A stretch of DNA of 64,000 nucleotides, taken from positions 26,981 to 90,980 of the forward strand of contig JBAZMT010000001.1 in the NCBI GenBank assembly GCA_041649615.1. Reading direction: 5' to 3'. Position numbers and translations under genes: made by a program. How positions within the stretch are numbered: the stretch's first letter is position 1; every line of letters starts with the position of its first letter. The stretch comes from Parcubacteria group bacterium. Lineage in GTDB: Bacteria; Patescibacteriota; Minisyncoccia; UBA6257; Colwellbacteraceae. A model generated the notes under the pieces. It worked only from the letters and a program-made list of their open reading frames with translations. It was not told where the DNA came from and did not search any database. Positions 55,097-63,778 of the stretch are shown piece by piece.

Positions 55097-56151
55097 CTAT
55101 ATTTGATTCCCAGGGCTTCAAGAGCGGGAAGTTTTTTGCCTGCGAGAAATTCTAGCATCGCTCCGCCTCCGGTTGAAAGAAAAGAAAATTTCCTTTCCAG
55201 ACCGAAGGAAATAATGGCCGAGGTGGTTTCCCCACCTCCCACAACCGAAAAACAATCCGTCTTTGCTATCGCCTCCGCCACCGTTTCCGTTCCATGACTG
55301 AAAGCTTTGCGTTCAAACATGCCGAGCGGCCCCGCCCAAACAACGGTTTTGGAAGAGCGTACAATTTCCGCAAATTTTTTGGCCGTGTTCGGCCCGATGT
55401 CTAAGATATTCTTCTTAGAAGTTCGGAAATCAAAAGGATACAAGACTTTGGGATTTTTAATCAGTTTCTTCGCTTCCGGAATAAGCGATTTTTCAAAAAG
55501 AGAATTCATCACATCATAACCGGCAGCCTTGAGAGCGGTATTCCCCACTCCCCCTCCCAAGAGAACGTAATCCGCTTTAGCGAGAAGATTTTTGATGACG
55601 GGCAGCTTGCTTTTCATTTTTCCGCCGCCGACAATCAAGGTAAAAGGATGCGCCGGATGAGCCATTATTTTTTTAAGGGCCACTAGTTCGGTTTTCATTA
55701 TCGGGCCTTCAAGGCTCGTTAAAAATTCGGTGATGCCCACGTTTGAGGCTTGCGTCCGGTGAGCGGTCGCGAAATCGTCATTTATAAAAACGTCGCCGAA
55801 AGAGGCAAACGTTCTCGCGAGTGCGGAACTGTTTTTCATCTCTCCGGAAAAGAATCTAGTGTTTTCCAGAGCGAAAATACCTTTTTTTACAAGCACGCGC
55901 TCCAGGTGCTTTTCGGGAGAGCCTTCCAGGAAAGATATTCTCCGGCGGGATTTTTCGGAGAGCTCCTTAATAATCGGTTTTAGACTCAAGGAACCATCAA
56001 CTCCGTTCGGTCTTCCCCGGTGACTCAAGATGACGATTCGTCCGAATTTGGGAGACAGATTTTTTACGGACTCCACCGCTCTTTTCATTCGCAGAGAAGA
56101 AGAAACATCGTGAGCGTCAATATCAAGATTTAAACGGACAACCGCGTTCAT
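55093..56151 (-). CDS. pgk: phosphoglycerate kinase
   Basis: ILSHRGRP, FINDDFATAHR, GGGKMKSK, GGGETTSAI motifs. N-terminus somewhat short; an alternative upstream start is possible. Confidence 0.85.
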   Translation of the reverse strand: MNAVVRLNLDIDAHDVSSSLRMKRAVESVKNLSPKFGRIVILSHRGRPNGVDGSLSLKPIIKELSEKSRRRISFLEGSPEKHLERVLVKKGIFALENTRFFSGEMKNSSALARTFASFGDVFINDDFATAHRTQASNVGITEFLTSLEGPIMKTELVALKKIMAHPAHPFTLIVGGGKMKSKLPVIKNLLAKADYVLLGGGVGNTALKAAGYDVMNSLFEKSLIPEAKKLIKNPKVLYPFDFRTSKKNILDIGPNTAKKFAEIVRSSKTVVWAGPLGMFERKAFSHGTETVAEAIAKTDCFSVVGGGETTSAIISFGLERKFSFLSTGGGAMLEFLAGKKLPALEALGIKYR

Positions 56152-56219
56152 ATTTCCTTACTATAGTAAAGAAATCTCAAAACTCAAAACTCATCAGCCT
56201 CTAATCTTTTAAACTAAAA

Positions 56220-56243
56220 CCCCCTCCGCCAATGGCGGAGGGG
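56220..56243 (-). terminator. rho-independent terminator for the upstream minus-strand surface-protein gene
   Basis: cccctccgccaatggcggagggg hairpin; on the minus strand it is followed by a T-rich run. Confidence 0.5.
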
Positions 56244-56353
56244 GAAAGGTCTCGGGGCAAAGTAATCCTCGGAGTTGAACTTGCGTTCGTCCCTCGGAGA
56301 TAACTTCACTCGCAGGCGTATTGTAGCAGATTATCTCTTAAAAGTCAATGCTT

Positions 56354-58012
56354 TTAATTTTCCGGAGTGGCAGAAACAGAATTCTTTTGTCCTTTTTCTT
56401 CCTTCCGTTCTTTTTTTCTCATAACAACAAGGTAAACGATGGTGATGAGCATAAGAATAAAGAGAAGCAAGAAGAGCCAGCTGCCGGTGATTGATTCGGC
56501 GAAGCTAGAAAGAGAGGCGAGGAAATTAAATCGGCTACCACCGACAGTTACGGCAATGTAGGAATTAACCGTCTGTGCTCTTTTGGCCGCATCGGTGAAA
56601 TCAAGAGAAGAATTAAAGACGAGGTTCTGACCCTTGTCGGCGTCATCGTGTATTTTCACTTTGACGATAATGATTCCCTGACTGCCCTTTTCAACGTCTC
56701 CGATCGTGAAGGTCAAGTTATTGGCCATCCACGAGGTCGGTTTAACGTTCGCGTCCACGTATTCCGTTCCGTATGGAAGAAGGACTTTTATAACGGAACT
56801 GGTGATTTTTCCGTTTGAAGCGTTCCTATAGGTGAGAACGTAATCAATCGTGTCGCCCGCTTTGGGATCAAGATCGCTTACCGAAGGATCAAGCAAGACG
56901 CCTGAATCGTTCGTTACGACAATCGGCGGATTAACGATTATGCTGCCGCTAGCAGTTTTAAAGTATCTTATTTCACCGTAATTCGTGCCGTAGGAATTTT
57001 CCGCAACCGCGCGATAGTAATAAGTAACATTCGCGGCCAAATTGGAAACGTTAATGTAGTAGTCGTTTTGTGAAGCATAAGAAGGAACGGACACGCTTGA
57101 GGATCTGATGTAGAGATCGCTTGAAGTGGGACCGTACTCAAACCACATGGTCGCGGCAGAGCCGTTAGCGCTTACTCTTCCCTGAAGAGTAGCGGAATTT
57201 TGAAGAACGTTAGAGTGCCAAACGGTCGTTACTTGAGGAGCGTTGTAGTAAGTGGGAGGAACATAACCTCCGGAAGTATTGAAGCTCCGAGTGGAACTGT
57301 AGTCCGTGCCGTACGAATTGCGGGCAATCAACCGGTAATAGTAAGTAGTGTCTTCGTTCAAACTGTAAACCGAAGCGGAAACATTGGTGTTTCCATAATA
57401 GCTTCCGAGAGACCGAGTGCTCGTTCTCTGCGACAAATTGCCGCTTCGAGTACCGTATTCAAACCAGTATTCGGTTGAGGAACCGTTCGGGCTAACATAG
57501 CCTTCCAAAGAAGCCGAATTACGAGTGATGCTATAGGCGGAAGAAATTGAAACTTCAGGAGCACTGCCAACGGGACCCGGGGGGTTGTAACCGCCGGAAG
57601 TGGTAAAGGTTTTATCTTGACCATACTGAATTTCTCCTTGGCTGTTTTTGGCCACTACGTGAAACCTATAAGTAGTTCCCGTTTCAAGTCCGGAGATCGT
57701 TTTTGAAACAGCCGTATATCCGCTTCCGGATCCGATGGAAGAAGAGCTTGTTAACACATCAAACATGCTGGAACCGGAGGTAGTGTATTCAAACCAATAT
57801 TCGGTTGAAACGCCGTTAGGATTGACCTTTCCATTTAAGGTAACAGAACTTTGGGAAACATTTGTCGCATCGCTTGAAATAGCCGAAGGAGCGGAAGCCA
57901 AGGCTATGGCCGGGATAAGCGACGGTAAAACAGCGGTTATAGCCGCAATGGGTAATATTTTTCTAAACATAGTCATAAGGCGGAGCTTATCATAATTACT
58001 TAATTCTGTCAA
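56354..58012 (-). CDS. secreted surface protein with three tandem beta-sandwich (FN3/PKD-like) repeats, DUF11-like domain and C-terminal TM anchor
   Basis: Signal peptide; three repeats each ending ...TYYYR(A/L)(I/V)A(R/E)NSYGT(D/N)Y...F(N/K)T(S/A)GG; C-terminal hydrophobic anchor + basic tail. Confidence 0.6.
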   Translation of the reverse strand: MTELSNYDKLRLMTMFRKILPIAAITAVLPSLIPAIALASAPSAISSDATNVSQSSVTLNGKVNPNGVSTEYWFEYTTSGSSMFDVLTSSSSIGSGSGYTAVSKTISGLETGTTYRFHVVAKNSQGEIQYGQDKTFTTSGGYNPPGPVGSAPEVSISSAYSITRNSASLEGYVSPNGSSTEYWFEYGTRSGNLSQRTSTRSLGSYYGNTNVSASVYSLNEDTTYYYRLIARNSYGTDYSSTRSFNTSGGYVPPTYYNAPQVTTVWHSNVLQNSATLQGRVSANGSAATMWFEYGPTSSDLYIRSSSVSVPSYASQNDYYINVSNLAANVTYYYRAVAENSYGTNYGEIRYFKTASGSIIVNPPIVVTNDSGVLLDPSVSDLDPKAGDTIDYVLTYRNASNGKITSSVIKVLLPYGTEYVDANVKPTSWMANNLTFTIGDVEKGSQGIIIVKVKIHDDADKGQNLVFNSSLDFTDAAKRAQTVNSYIAVTVGGSRFNFLASLSSFAESITGSWLFLLLFILMLITIVYLVVMRKKERKEEKGQKNSVSATPEN

Positions 58013-58111
58013 GCCTCTCTTCGGGAGAGCTTCACCGCCGCATTATAGGGATTTTTGAATAAAAAAAGAACCCTCATCCGCTAAGATTTGGGTTCGTTCT
58101 GATAAGGAGGA

Positions 58112-58744
58112 TTAATTGCTCGGGGTCCATGTTTTGGTGGTCCCCGTGATGACCGTTCCGTCCAGCAATTTTATCATGGGCTGGATGGTGGTTTTTGAGC
58201 AAGGTTTTTCTATCCTTTGCTCAATCCTATGATTTCCTTGATAGACGCGCCAGGGTTCGCTTCTGCCGTTCAATTTGAACGACCACTGCGCAACTTCCGA
58301 CGTATCTCCCGTCAGGGCAAAAGTCATGATGAGGAAGGTTTCTCCGTCCACCGTTTCCTCTCGAATTGGCGGATCAAGATAGATACTAAGCTCCTCGGAA
58401 GGCACTTTTGTCTTTTGGGGTGTCTTTGTAGGCGCAGGTGTAGGTGTCTTGGTCTTGACTGGTCCCTTTGTTTTAACGGGTTTTTGCGTCTTCTTAGGCG
58501 CTTCCGTTTTGGCAGGGCACCCAGTTTTAACGCATATGCACGTCTCAACGGGTGAGTAAGCGTTCTCTACCTCGACATCTCTGTGCTCCGCAGGCCTTTG
58601 AAAAAATACTCCCCAAACGATCAGGCCGATTATGGCTAAACCGAGTACTACAATAGCCACGAATATTGCGATAATCCAGCCTTTTTGGTCGTCTCTTGGA
58701 GTTTCCTCATCTGGATCTGGGGGAACAATGGGCGGTCTCGGCAT
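58112..58744 (-). CDS. hypothetical membrane-anchored protein with Pro/Thr/Lys-rich linker
   Basis: TM IIAIFVAIVVLGLAIIGLIVWGV; PKKTQKPVKTKGPVKTKTPTPAPTKTPQKTKVP low-complexity linker. Confidence 0.5.
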   Translation of the reverse strand: MPRPPIVPPDPDEETPRDDQKGWIIAIFVAIVVLGLAIIGLIVWGVFFQRPAEHRDVEVENAYSPVETCICVKTGCPAKTEAPKKTQKPVKTKGPVKTKTPTPAPTKTPQKTKVPSEELSIYLDPPIREETVDGETFLIMTFALTGDTSEVAQWSFKLNGRSEPWRVYQGNHRIEQRIEKPCSKTTIQPMIKLLDGTVITGTTKTWTPSN

Positions 58745-58871
58745 TTCAGGTACCTCCTTTTCTAAAATTTTTATTGTCCAGCTTTCATTTTATCATAAAA
58801 GAACGATTTTGTCAATCTTCCTCCGCTGAAGCTAAGAAAGGATACAGCATAGGGATGATAACAAAAAACCT

Positions 58872-58898
58872 GGATTCCCGGTACGCCGGGAATGACAG
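58872..58898. repeat. palindromic repeat element copy D (GGATTCCCGGtacgCCGGGAATGACAG)
   Basis: Perfect stem ATTCCCGG/CCGGGAAT, loop TACG, flank aaaCCTGG...GACAGAAGG. Intergenic, 3' of the gtrA-like gene. Confidence 0.8.
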
Positions 58899-58929
58899 AA
58901 GGAGCGCATGTCCGCCCATAATAATGTAA

Positions 58930-59355
58930 TTACTTTTTGAAGACGATAAATTTATAGCCTAAGAAGTTCCAAATAAGAGAAATACCCGTGGCGAGGACGG
59001 CTCCGACATTTACCCATAACGCTTGAGAAAGACCGAACATCGGTTTGATGAAAGTTGAAATCAGATAAACTATCCCCGAATTTATCGCCCATCCGATAAT
59101 GCTTACAATCAAAAATTGACCGACTTGAAAAACGCGAACGGATTCTTTGTCTTTGAACGTCCAAAATTTATTCCACAAATAACTATTCGTGGTCGCGATT
59201 ATAAAGGCGGTGCTCGTTAACGGAATGATTGAGATTCCTTTCGTTATGCCCGTTATAAAAATGAGGAAGTTCAATACGCCAAAGTAGATCGCCGTATTAA
59301 GAACTCCGATCACGGCAAATTTTCCGAATTGAAGAAAAAGCTTTTTGATGTCCAT
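58930..59355 (-). CDS. GtrA-family membrane protein
   Basis: Start set at the internal Met (MDIKKLFLQFGKFAVIGVLNTAIYFGVLNFL), the typical GtrA N-terminus. The automated ORF extends further only by reading through a palindromic repeat located in the tpiA 3' end. Confidence 0.7.
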   Translation of the reverse strand: MDIKKLFLQFGKFAVIGVLNTAIYFGVLNFLIFITGITKGISIIPLTSTAFIIATTNSYLWNKFWTFKDKESVRVFQVGQFLIVSIIGWAINSGIVYLISTFIKPMFGLSQALWVNVGAVLATGISLIWNFLGYKFIVFKK

Positions 59356-59359
59356 TACT

Positions 59360-60118
59360 TTATTGTACTGGATTCCCGCTTCCGCGGGAATGACGGAGGG
59401 ATGCAATTACTATCGGGACTTCTTTTAATTTTAAACTAGCGCCGCCAACAAGAACACCGGAAACGTCCGGGGCTTCGGCGTATATTTCCGCGTTCGCCGG
59501 ATTAACCGATCCGCCGTAAAGCACTTTAGCTTTTTTACCGAAGATTTTTTGGAATCTTTCCGCCATCGCTTCCATAACCGGCGCCATTTCTTTCAAAGTC
59601 GCATTCCTTCCTCCGCTCGTGGTGCTTATGGCCCAAACGGGTTCGTAGGTGAGAATGATTTTATCCGCCTTTTCTTTCGGAACCCCCGAGAGAGAATCGT
59701 TTAATTGCGCAATAACCGTTTTAATGGCGGATGGAACGCTTGTTCTTTTTCTTTCGCCAACGCAAACAATGGGGATAACGCCCGCGTTTATCGCGGCTAA
59801 AGTTTTTTTGGAAACCGATTCGGAGGTTTCGCCAAAGTTTTTTCTTCGCTCTGAATGACCCAAAATGGCGTATTTAACGCCAAGACTTTCAAGCTGCGCA
59901 AAAGAATACTCCCCCGTGTATGCGCCCTCCGTATAAAATCCGTCTTGCGAGCCCAAGGACGCGTGTTTTAATTTGCCCGCGACAAGAGACAAAAAAGGCG
60001 CCGGCGGACAGACGATGACGTTTGGGGAATCCGAGGCGGAAGCAAGCAATTTCGCTTCGGCAGAAGAAGCGGGATTGCATTTCCAGTTCATAACTACGAG
60101 TTTATCGGAGGTTTTCAT
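59360..60118 (-). CDS. tpiA: triose-phosphate isomerase
   Basis: NWKCN, ILGHSERR, YEPVWAI(S/G)TG motifs. C-terminal 10 residues (SLRHSRGSGNPVQ) are encoded by a copy of the palindromic repeat. Confidence 0.9.
   Translation of the reverse strand: MKTSDKLVVMNWKCNPASSAEAKLLASASDSPNVIVCPPAPFLSLVAGKLKHASLGSQDGFYTEGAYTGEYSFAQLESLGVKYAILGHSERRKNFGETSESVSKKTLAAINAGVIPIVCVGERKRTSVPSAIKTVIAQLNDSLSGVPKEKADKIILTYEPVWAISTTSGGRNATLKEMAPVMEAMAERFQKIFGKKAKVLYGGSVNPANAEIYAEAPDVSGVLVGGASLKLKEVPIVIASLRHSRGSGNPVQ
59370..59396. repeat. palindromic repeat element copy E (GGATTCCCGCttccGCGGGAATGACGG), inside tpiA 3' end
   Basis: Stem ATTCCCGC/GCGGGAAT, loop TTCC. Encodes the last residues of TpiA (RHSRGSGNPVQ*). 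The automated ORF for gtrA read through it as SVIPAEAGIQ. Confidence 0.8.
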
Positions 60119-60126
60119 GGGAGTAA

Positions 60127-60594
60127 TTATATGACAGAAAGCAGATTAGAGCCCGTTTGCACGAAAAAAGAAACGATGATGCCCGAAATTATGGCGCCAA
60201 GAATTATCATTATAGCCGCTTTTTTAAGCGGAACGCCGAAAACAAGCGCCATTAACGTTCCCGTCCAAACGCCGGTCAAAGGAAAAGGCAGGGCCACAAA
60301 AATAAAAAGAGCGAGACTTTCCCACTTTTTAAATCCCCAGGAATGTCTTTTGCGCGTCATATCGGTGAGCCAGGCGAAGAGCCGGTTAAAATAGTAAAAG
60401 TGATCGGCGAGCTTTTCGGCTATAAAATTCCAAAATAAAAGAAGAGGAATAACCGGCAAAAGATTTCCCAAAGTGGAAAGCAGAAACGCCTTAAGAACCG
60501 AAAAATGCCAAATAAAAACGGCGAAGGGCATTGCTCCTTCCAATTCAAAAAAAGGAGAAGCGCCAATAAGAACGGTCAACAATTCTCCTTTCAT
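60127..60594 (-). CDS. small membrane protein (COG2426-like putative small multidrug export protein)
   Basis: 155 aa, 4 TM. Family call tentative. Confidence 0.45.
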   Translation of the reverse strand: MKGELLTVLIGASPFFELEGAMPFAVFIWHFSVLKAFLLSTLGNLLPVIPLLLFWNFIAEKLADHFYYFNRLFAWLTDMTRKRHSWGFKKWESLALFIFVALPFPLTGVWTGTLMALVFGVPLKKAAIMIILGAIISGIIVSFFVQTGSNLLSVI

Positions 60595-61628
60595 CGTCCT
60601 TTGAGAAACGCGGCGCCGTCATCCGGATCAACAACCGTTATTTCTATGCCCGTACCCAATTCAAAGCCCGCCGAGATAACGATCTTCGGCTGAATTTCAA
60701 TGTGCCAGTGATAAAAAGGATAATCTTCCCTGTTCTTGACCGGAGCCGTGTGAATGAAAAAGTTATAATCAACGCAGCCTAATCTGTCTTCAAGCATTTT
60801 TAGAGATTTTTGCAAAGCTTCGGCAATGTACTTCAGGCAAGACGGACCGCAATCTTCAAAAAACGGGGAATGAATTTTAGGGAATACTCTTATTTCAAAA
60901 GGTTCCCGTGAAACGAAAGGAAGAAAAGCGATCGCTCCCCGATTTTCAAAGATAATTCGTTTTTTCTCGGCTTTTTCTTTTTTTAAAATGGTGCAATGAA
61001 CGCAAGAACCGTTTTCTTTGTAATACCGTTCCGAACCGCGCAAAGAGTGGCTTACGTCCGGAGGAACGATCGGAATGGAAATCATTTGATAATGAGGATG
61101 ATAAACGGAAGCTCCCGCCGCGAGTCCCCAGTTGTGAAATATGGAAACGTACGCGATTCGTTCGTCTCTCGCGACCATGCGGTATCTTTCCTGCATTACT
61201 TCCAAGCACATTGTCGCTTCGGCCGGAGAAAGGCGCGGAAAATTTTCATCATGGCCCCGGGTTATGACGACATCATGATAGCCCACTCCTTTCATCAAGT
61301 AATAGGGACCGTTTTTCAGGACGGCGGTTGTTTGTTCGGTACCTGAAAAAACAGCCGGATAAAGATTCGGAACGACTTGGATCCGCCAGTTGCCGCGTTT
61401 GTCCTCGCGAATCAGAACCGGTTCGGCGTTTCCCGAAGCCTGGGGATTCTCAAAAGGACATTTATCTTTCGGAACAACGATCTTTTCTTTTTTTACTATG
61501 AGCTCTTGAGGTCTTTTTTTTCGTCCGGTCGCGATAAGAACCCAATCGCCGGACACGATGTCTTGCCTGAATTCGGATCCGTCAGAGGGAACGCTGGTTT
61601 TTTTTCGGCTGCCGAAAATTCCTGCCAT
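60591..61628 (-). CDS. galT: galactose-1-phosphate uridylyltransferase (GalT/HIT-like)
   Basis: IFHNWGLAAGASVYHPHYQ (HxHxQ active site), Cys/His zinc ligands CVHC. 345 aa. Confidence 0.8.
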   Translation of the reverse strand: MAGIFGSRKKTSVPSDGSEFRQDIVSGDWVLIATGRKKRPQELIVKKEKIVVPKDKCPFENPQASGNAEPVLIREDKRGNWRIQVVPNLYPAVFSGTEQTTAVLKNGPYYLMKGVGYHDVVITRGHDENFPRLSPAEATMCLEVMQERYRMVARDERIAYVSIFHNWGLAAGASVYHPHYQMISIPIVPPDVSHSLRGSERYYKENGSCVHCTILKKEKAEKKRIIFENRGAIAFLPFVSREPFEIRVFPKIHSPFFEDCGPSCLKYIAEALQKSLKMLEDRLGCVDYNFFIHTAPVKNREDYPFYHWHIEIQPKIVISAGFELGTGIEITVVDPDDGAAFLKGR

Positions 61629-63493
61629 TAATCAATATTAATTCTATTGTCATAATACCATCTAAAAACATCGTAGGCCACCGGAACGGCGTTTAAACTT
61701 CCCTCTTTTGCGTTTTCAACGAGAACCAAAAGACAAATGGGCGCGTAGTTTTCCGATTCAAGAGGCATCGGGCCGCAGCCGACAAAGAAGGCGTTCGTTT
61801 TCGCTTTATTCTGCACTTGCGCGCTGCCGGTTTTGCCGTAAGTTTCAAAGGGAAGAGAATTCAACATCGCGGCCGTGCCGTATGATTTCTGGACCGCGTC
61901 TCTCATTCCTTCGGCAACTTGGGAAAGTTCGTCTTTCAGATAACTCAAGTCGGCGAGTTTTTCGGGGTTAGCGCCAAAAACAAGATTCGGCTTCCAAAGC
62001 GTTCCACCGTTTACAACCGAAGAAACCGCCGTTATGAGGCCGATAGGCGTAACGGTAAGGTCTCCCTGGCCGATAGAAACGTTGTAGGTGTCGCCCAAGG
62101 TCCAATCGGTACCGGTTCTTTCTTTTTTGTCTTCGGCAGACGGAAGATATCCGACCGATTCGCCGCTCAAAGAAATGCCCGTTTTTTTATTAAGCCCAAA
62201 AAGAGAAAAATATTGTTTGAGTCTCCCGATGCCAAGCCCTACCGAAATATCGGAGTCCCCCATAAAGAGATCGCGATTGTAAGGCAGGCCTCCTCCCACG
62301 GCATAAAAGAAAATATTTGAAGATCTCGCGAGAGCGGAGTAAATATCAACCCAGCCGTGAGCTTTCCAGTCAACGAATCGCGTGGGAGATCCTGGATCGT
62401 ATTTGTTCGGAACGTCAAAGTAACCGTTCGAAAGAACCATTTCCCTGGTGCCGATTATTTTTTCTTTGAGAGCGGCTGTAGCCACGATGAGCTTGATGGT
62501 TGAACCGGGGCTGTAAAGACCGGTAACCGCCCGATTAAAGAGCGGCTTTTCCGGATCAGAAAGTCCCGCTGAAATATCAGAGGAAGAAAAGCTCGGCAAG
62601 CTGACCAGACTCAAAATTTCGCCGTTCAAGGGATTAACCGCTATTCCCACTCCTCCGGGACCGGCATTTGAAAGAGCTTGATTTAGCCTCTTGTAAAAAT
62701 ATCTTTCTAAGTCGGCGTCAATCGTCGTTTTCAGATCGGCACCGGTAACGGGTTCGCTAAAGGTTTGAGCGCCAAGAAGCTCGCCTTTAACGTTTCGGTA
62801 CTCAACCGTTTGGCCGTTTTTGCCGCGGAGAGTATCGTCATAAATCGCTTCCAGATTGGTTCTTCCCACGACATCCACGGAAGAAAGGTCTTTGTCTTCT
62901 ATTTCTTCCTTGTCAGGATAGCTGACATAGCCGACAACGTGAGCAAATTCATTCTCAAAAGTTCTTTTGGTGTCTTTTGCCACGTAAACGGATTTGAGAT
63001 CGGAACTTTCAACGGCGATCGCTTCGGCTTTCGTAATGTCTTTTTTAACGACCACTTCGCTTACTTTTTCAAGATTGCTTTCGGAAAGAATTTCCCTCAA
63101 TTGTTCTTCCGTTATGCCGAGGCTGCCGAGGAACGATTCCACTTTTTCGGCTTCGTCATACTTTATAAGTTCTGACGGCCGGAGCCTGAGGCTCAAGATG
63201 GGAACGTTTTCCACTAATTTCTCGCCGTACCGGTCGAAGATGAAGCCGCGATCTGCGGCGGTAATCGTAACTTTGTTAACGGCACCGTCCGCTCGCGCGC
63301 TGTAAAATTTACCTTTGATTCCGCCGAGATAAACGATTCTAAAAAGAATCACCGCGCCGAAAGCAAGAAATAAACCGGCAATGGCAAAAAAAACGACGTT
63401 CCTGAGAGGGTGTTCGCGACGATTAAGACCGGTACCCAAATTATCGGTAGTTATCTCGTCAAAGAAAAATTTTCTCTCGCGTTTTTTGGGCAT
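61628..63493 (-). CDS. mrdA: penicillin-binding protein 2 (class B transpeptidase, PBP2/FtsI family)
   Basis: N-terminal TM, dimerisation domain, STIK (SxxK), SSN (SxN), KTGS (KTG) motifs. Follows the mreD-like gene. Confidence 0.85.
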   Translation of the reverse strand: MPKKRERKFFFDEITTDNLGTGLNRREHPLRNVVFFAIAGLFLAFGAVILFRIVYLGGIKGKFYSARADGAVNKVTITAADRGFIFDRYGEKLVENVPILSLRLRPSELIKYDEAEKVESFLGSLGITEEQLREILSESNLEKVSEVVVKKDITKAEAIAVESSDLKSVYVAKDTKRTFENEFAHVVGYVSYPDKEEIEDKDLSSVDVVGRTNLEAIYDDTLRGKNGQTVEYRNVKGELLGAQTFSEPVTGADLKTTIDADLERYFYKRLNQALSNAGPGGVGIAVNPLNGEILSLVSLPSFSSSDISAGLSDPEKPLFNRAVTGLYSPGSTIKLIVATAALKEKIIGTREMVLSNGYFDVPNKYDPGSPTRFVDWKAHGWVDIYSALARSSNIFFYAVGGGLPYNRDLFMGDSDISVGLGIGRLKQYFSLFGLNKKTGISLSGESVGYLPSAEDKKERTGTDWTLGDTYNVSIGQGDLTVTPIGLITAVSSVVNGGTLWKPNLVFGANPEKLADLSYLKDELSQVAEGMRDAVQKSYGTAAMLNSLPFETYGKTGSAQVQNKAKTNAFFVGCGPMPLESENYAPICLLVLVENAKEGSLNAVPVAYDVFRWYYDNRINID

Positions 63494-63778
63494 TTAACTT
63501 AAAAACAAATAGGCGTTCATTATGGCAAAAGAAATGACGATGGAGAGAAAAACGTTTAACCCTCTGGCGAACGGGAGTTTTTCCTCTAAAATTGTTCCCA
63601 AAATCAAACTCGCGAGAAAAACAATGTTCGTAACATCAAATCCCGAGCGAAATTTCACAAAAAGCGCTATGGCGAGAATAATTATTCCCTTTACAAAAGG
63701 GCTCTTAAAAAAGGAGACGACAAGCAGGGCGGCTACAAGAGCGATATTTCCGGCATTAATGAGAGACAATAAGGACAT
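63494..63778 (-). CDS. small polytopic membrane protein, possibly MreD-like
   Basis: 94 aa, 3 TM. Positioned between the mreC tail and the PBP2 gene, as mreD usually is. No sequence motif to confirm. Confidence 0.35.
   Translation of the reverse strand: MSLLSLINAGNIALVAALLVVSFFKSPFVKGIIILAIALFVKFRSGFDVTNIVFLASLILGTILEEKLPFARGLNVFLSIVISFAIMNAYLFLS

Noticed and set aside
59356-59406. N-terminal extension MHPSVIPAEAGIQYNKV of the gtrA-like ORF
   Set aside because: It is produced by reading through a palindromic repeat copy that lies in the tpiA 3' end. The GtrA N-terminus aligns from MDIKK at 59355.
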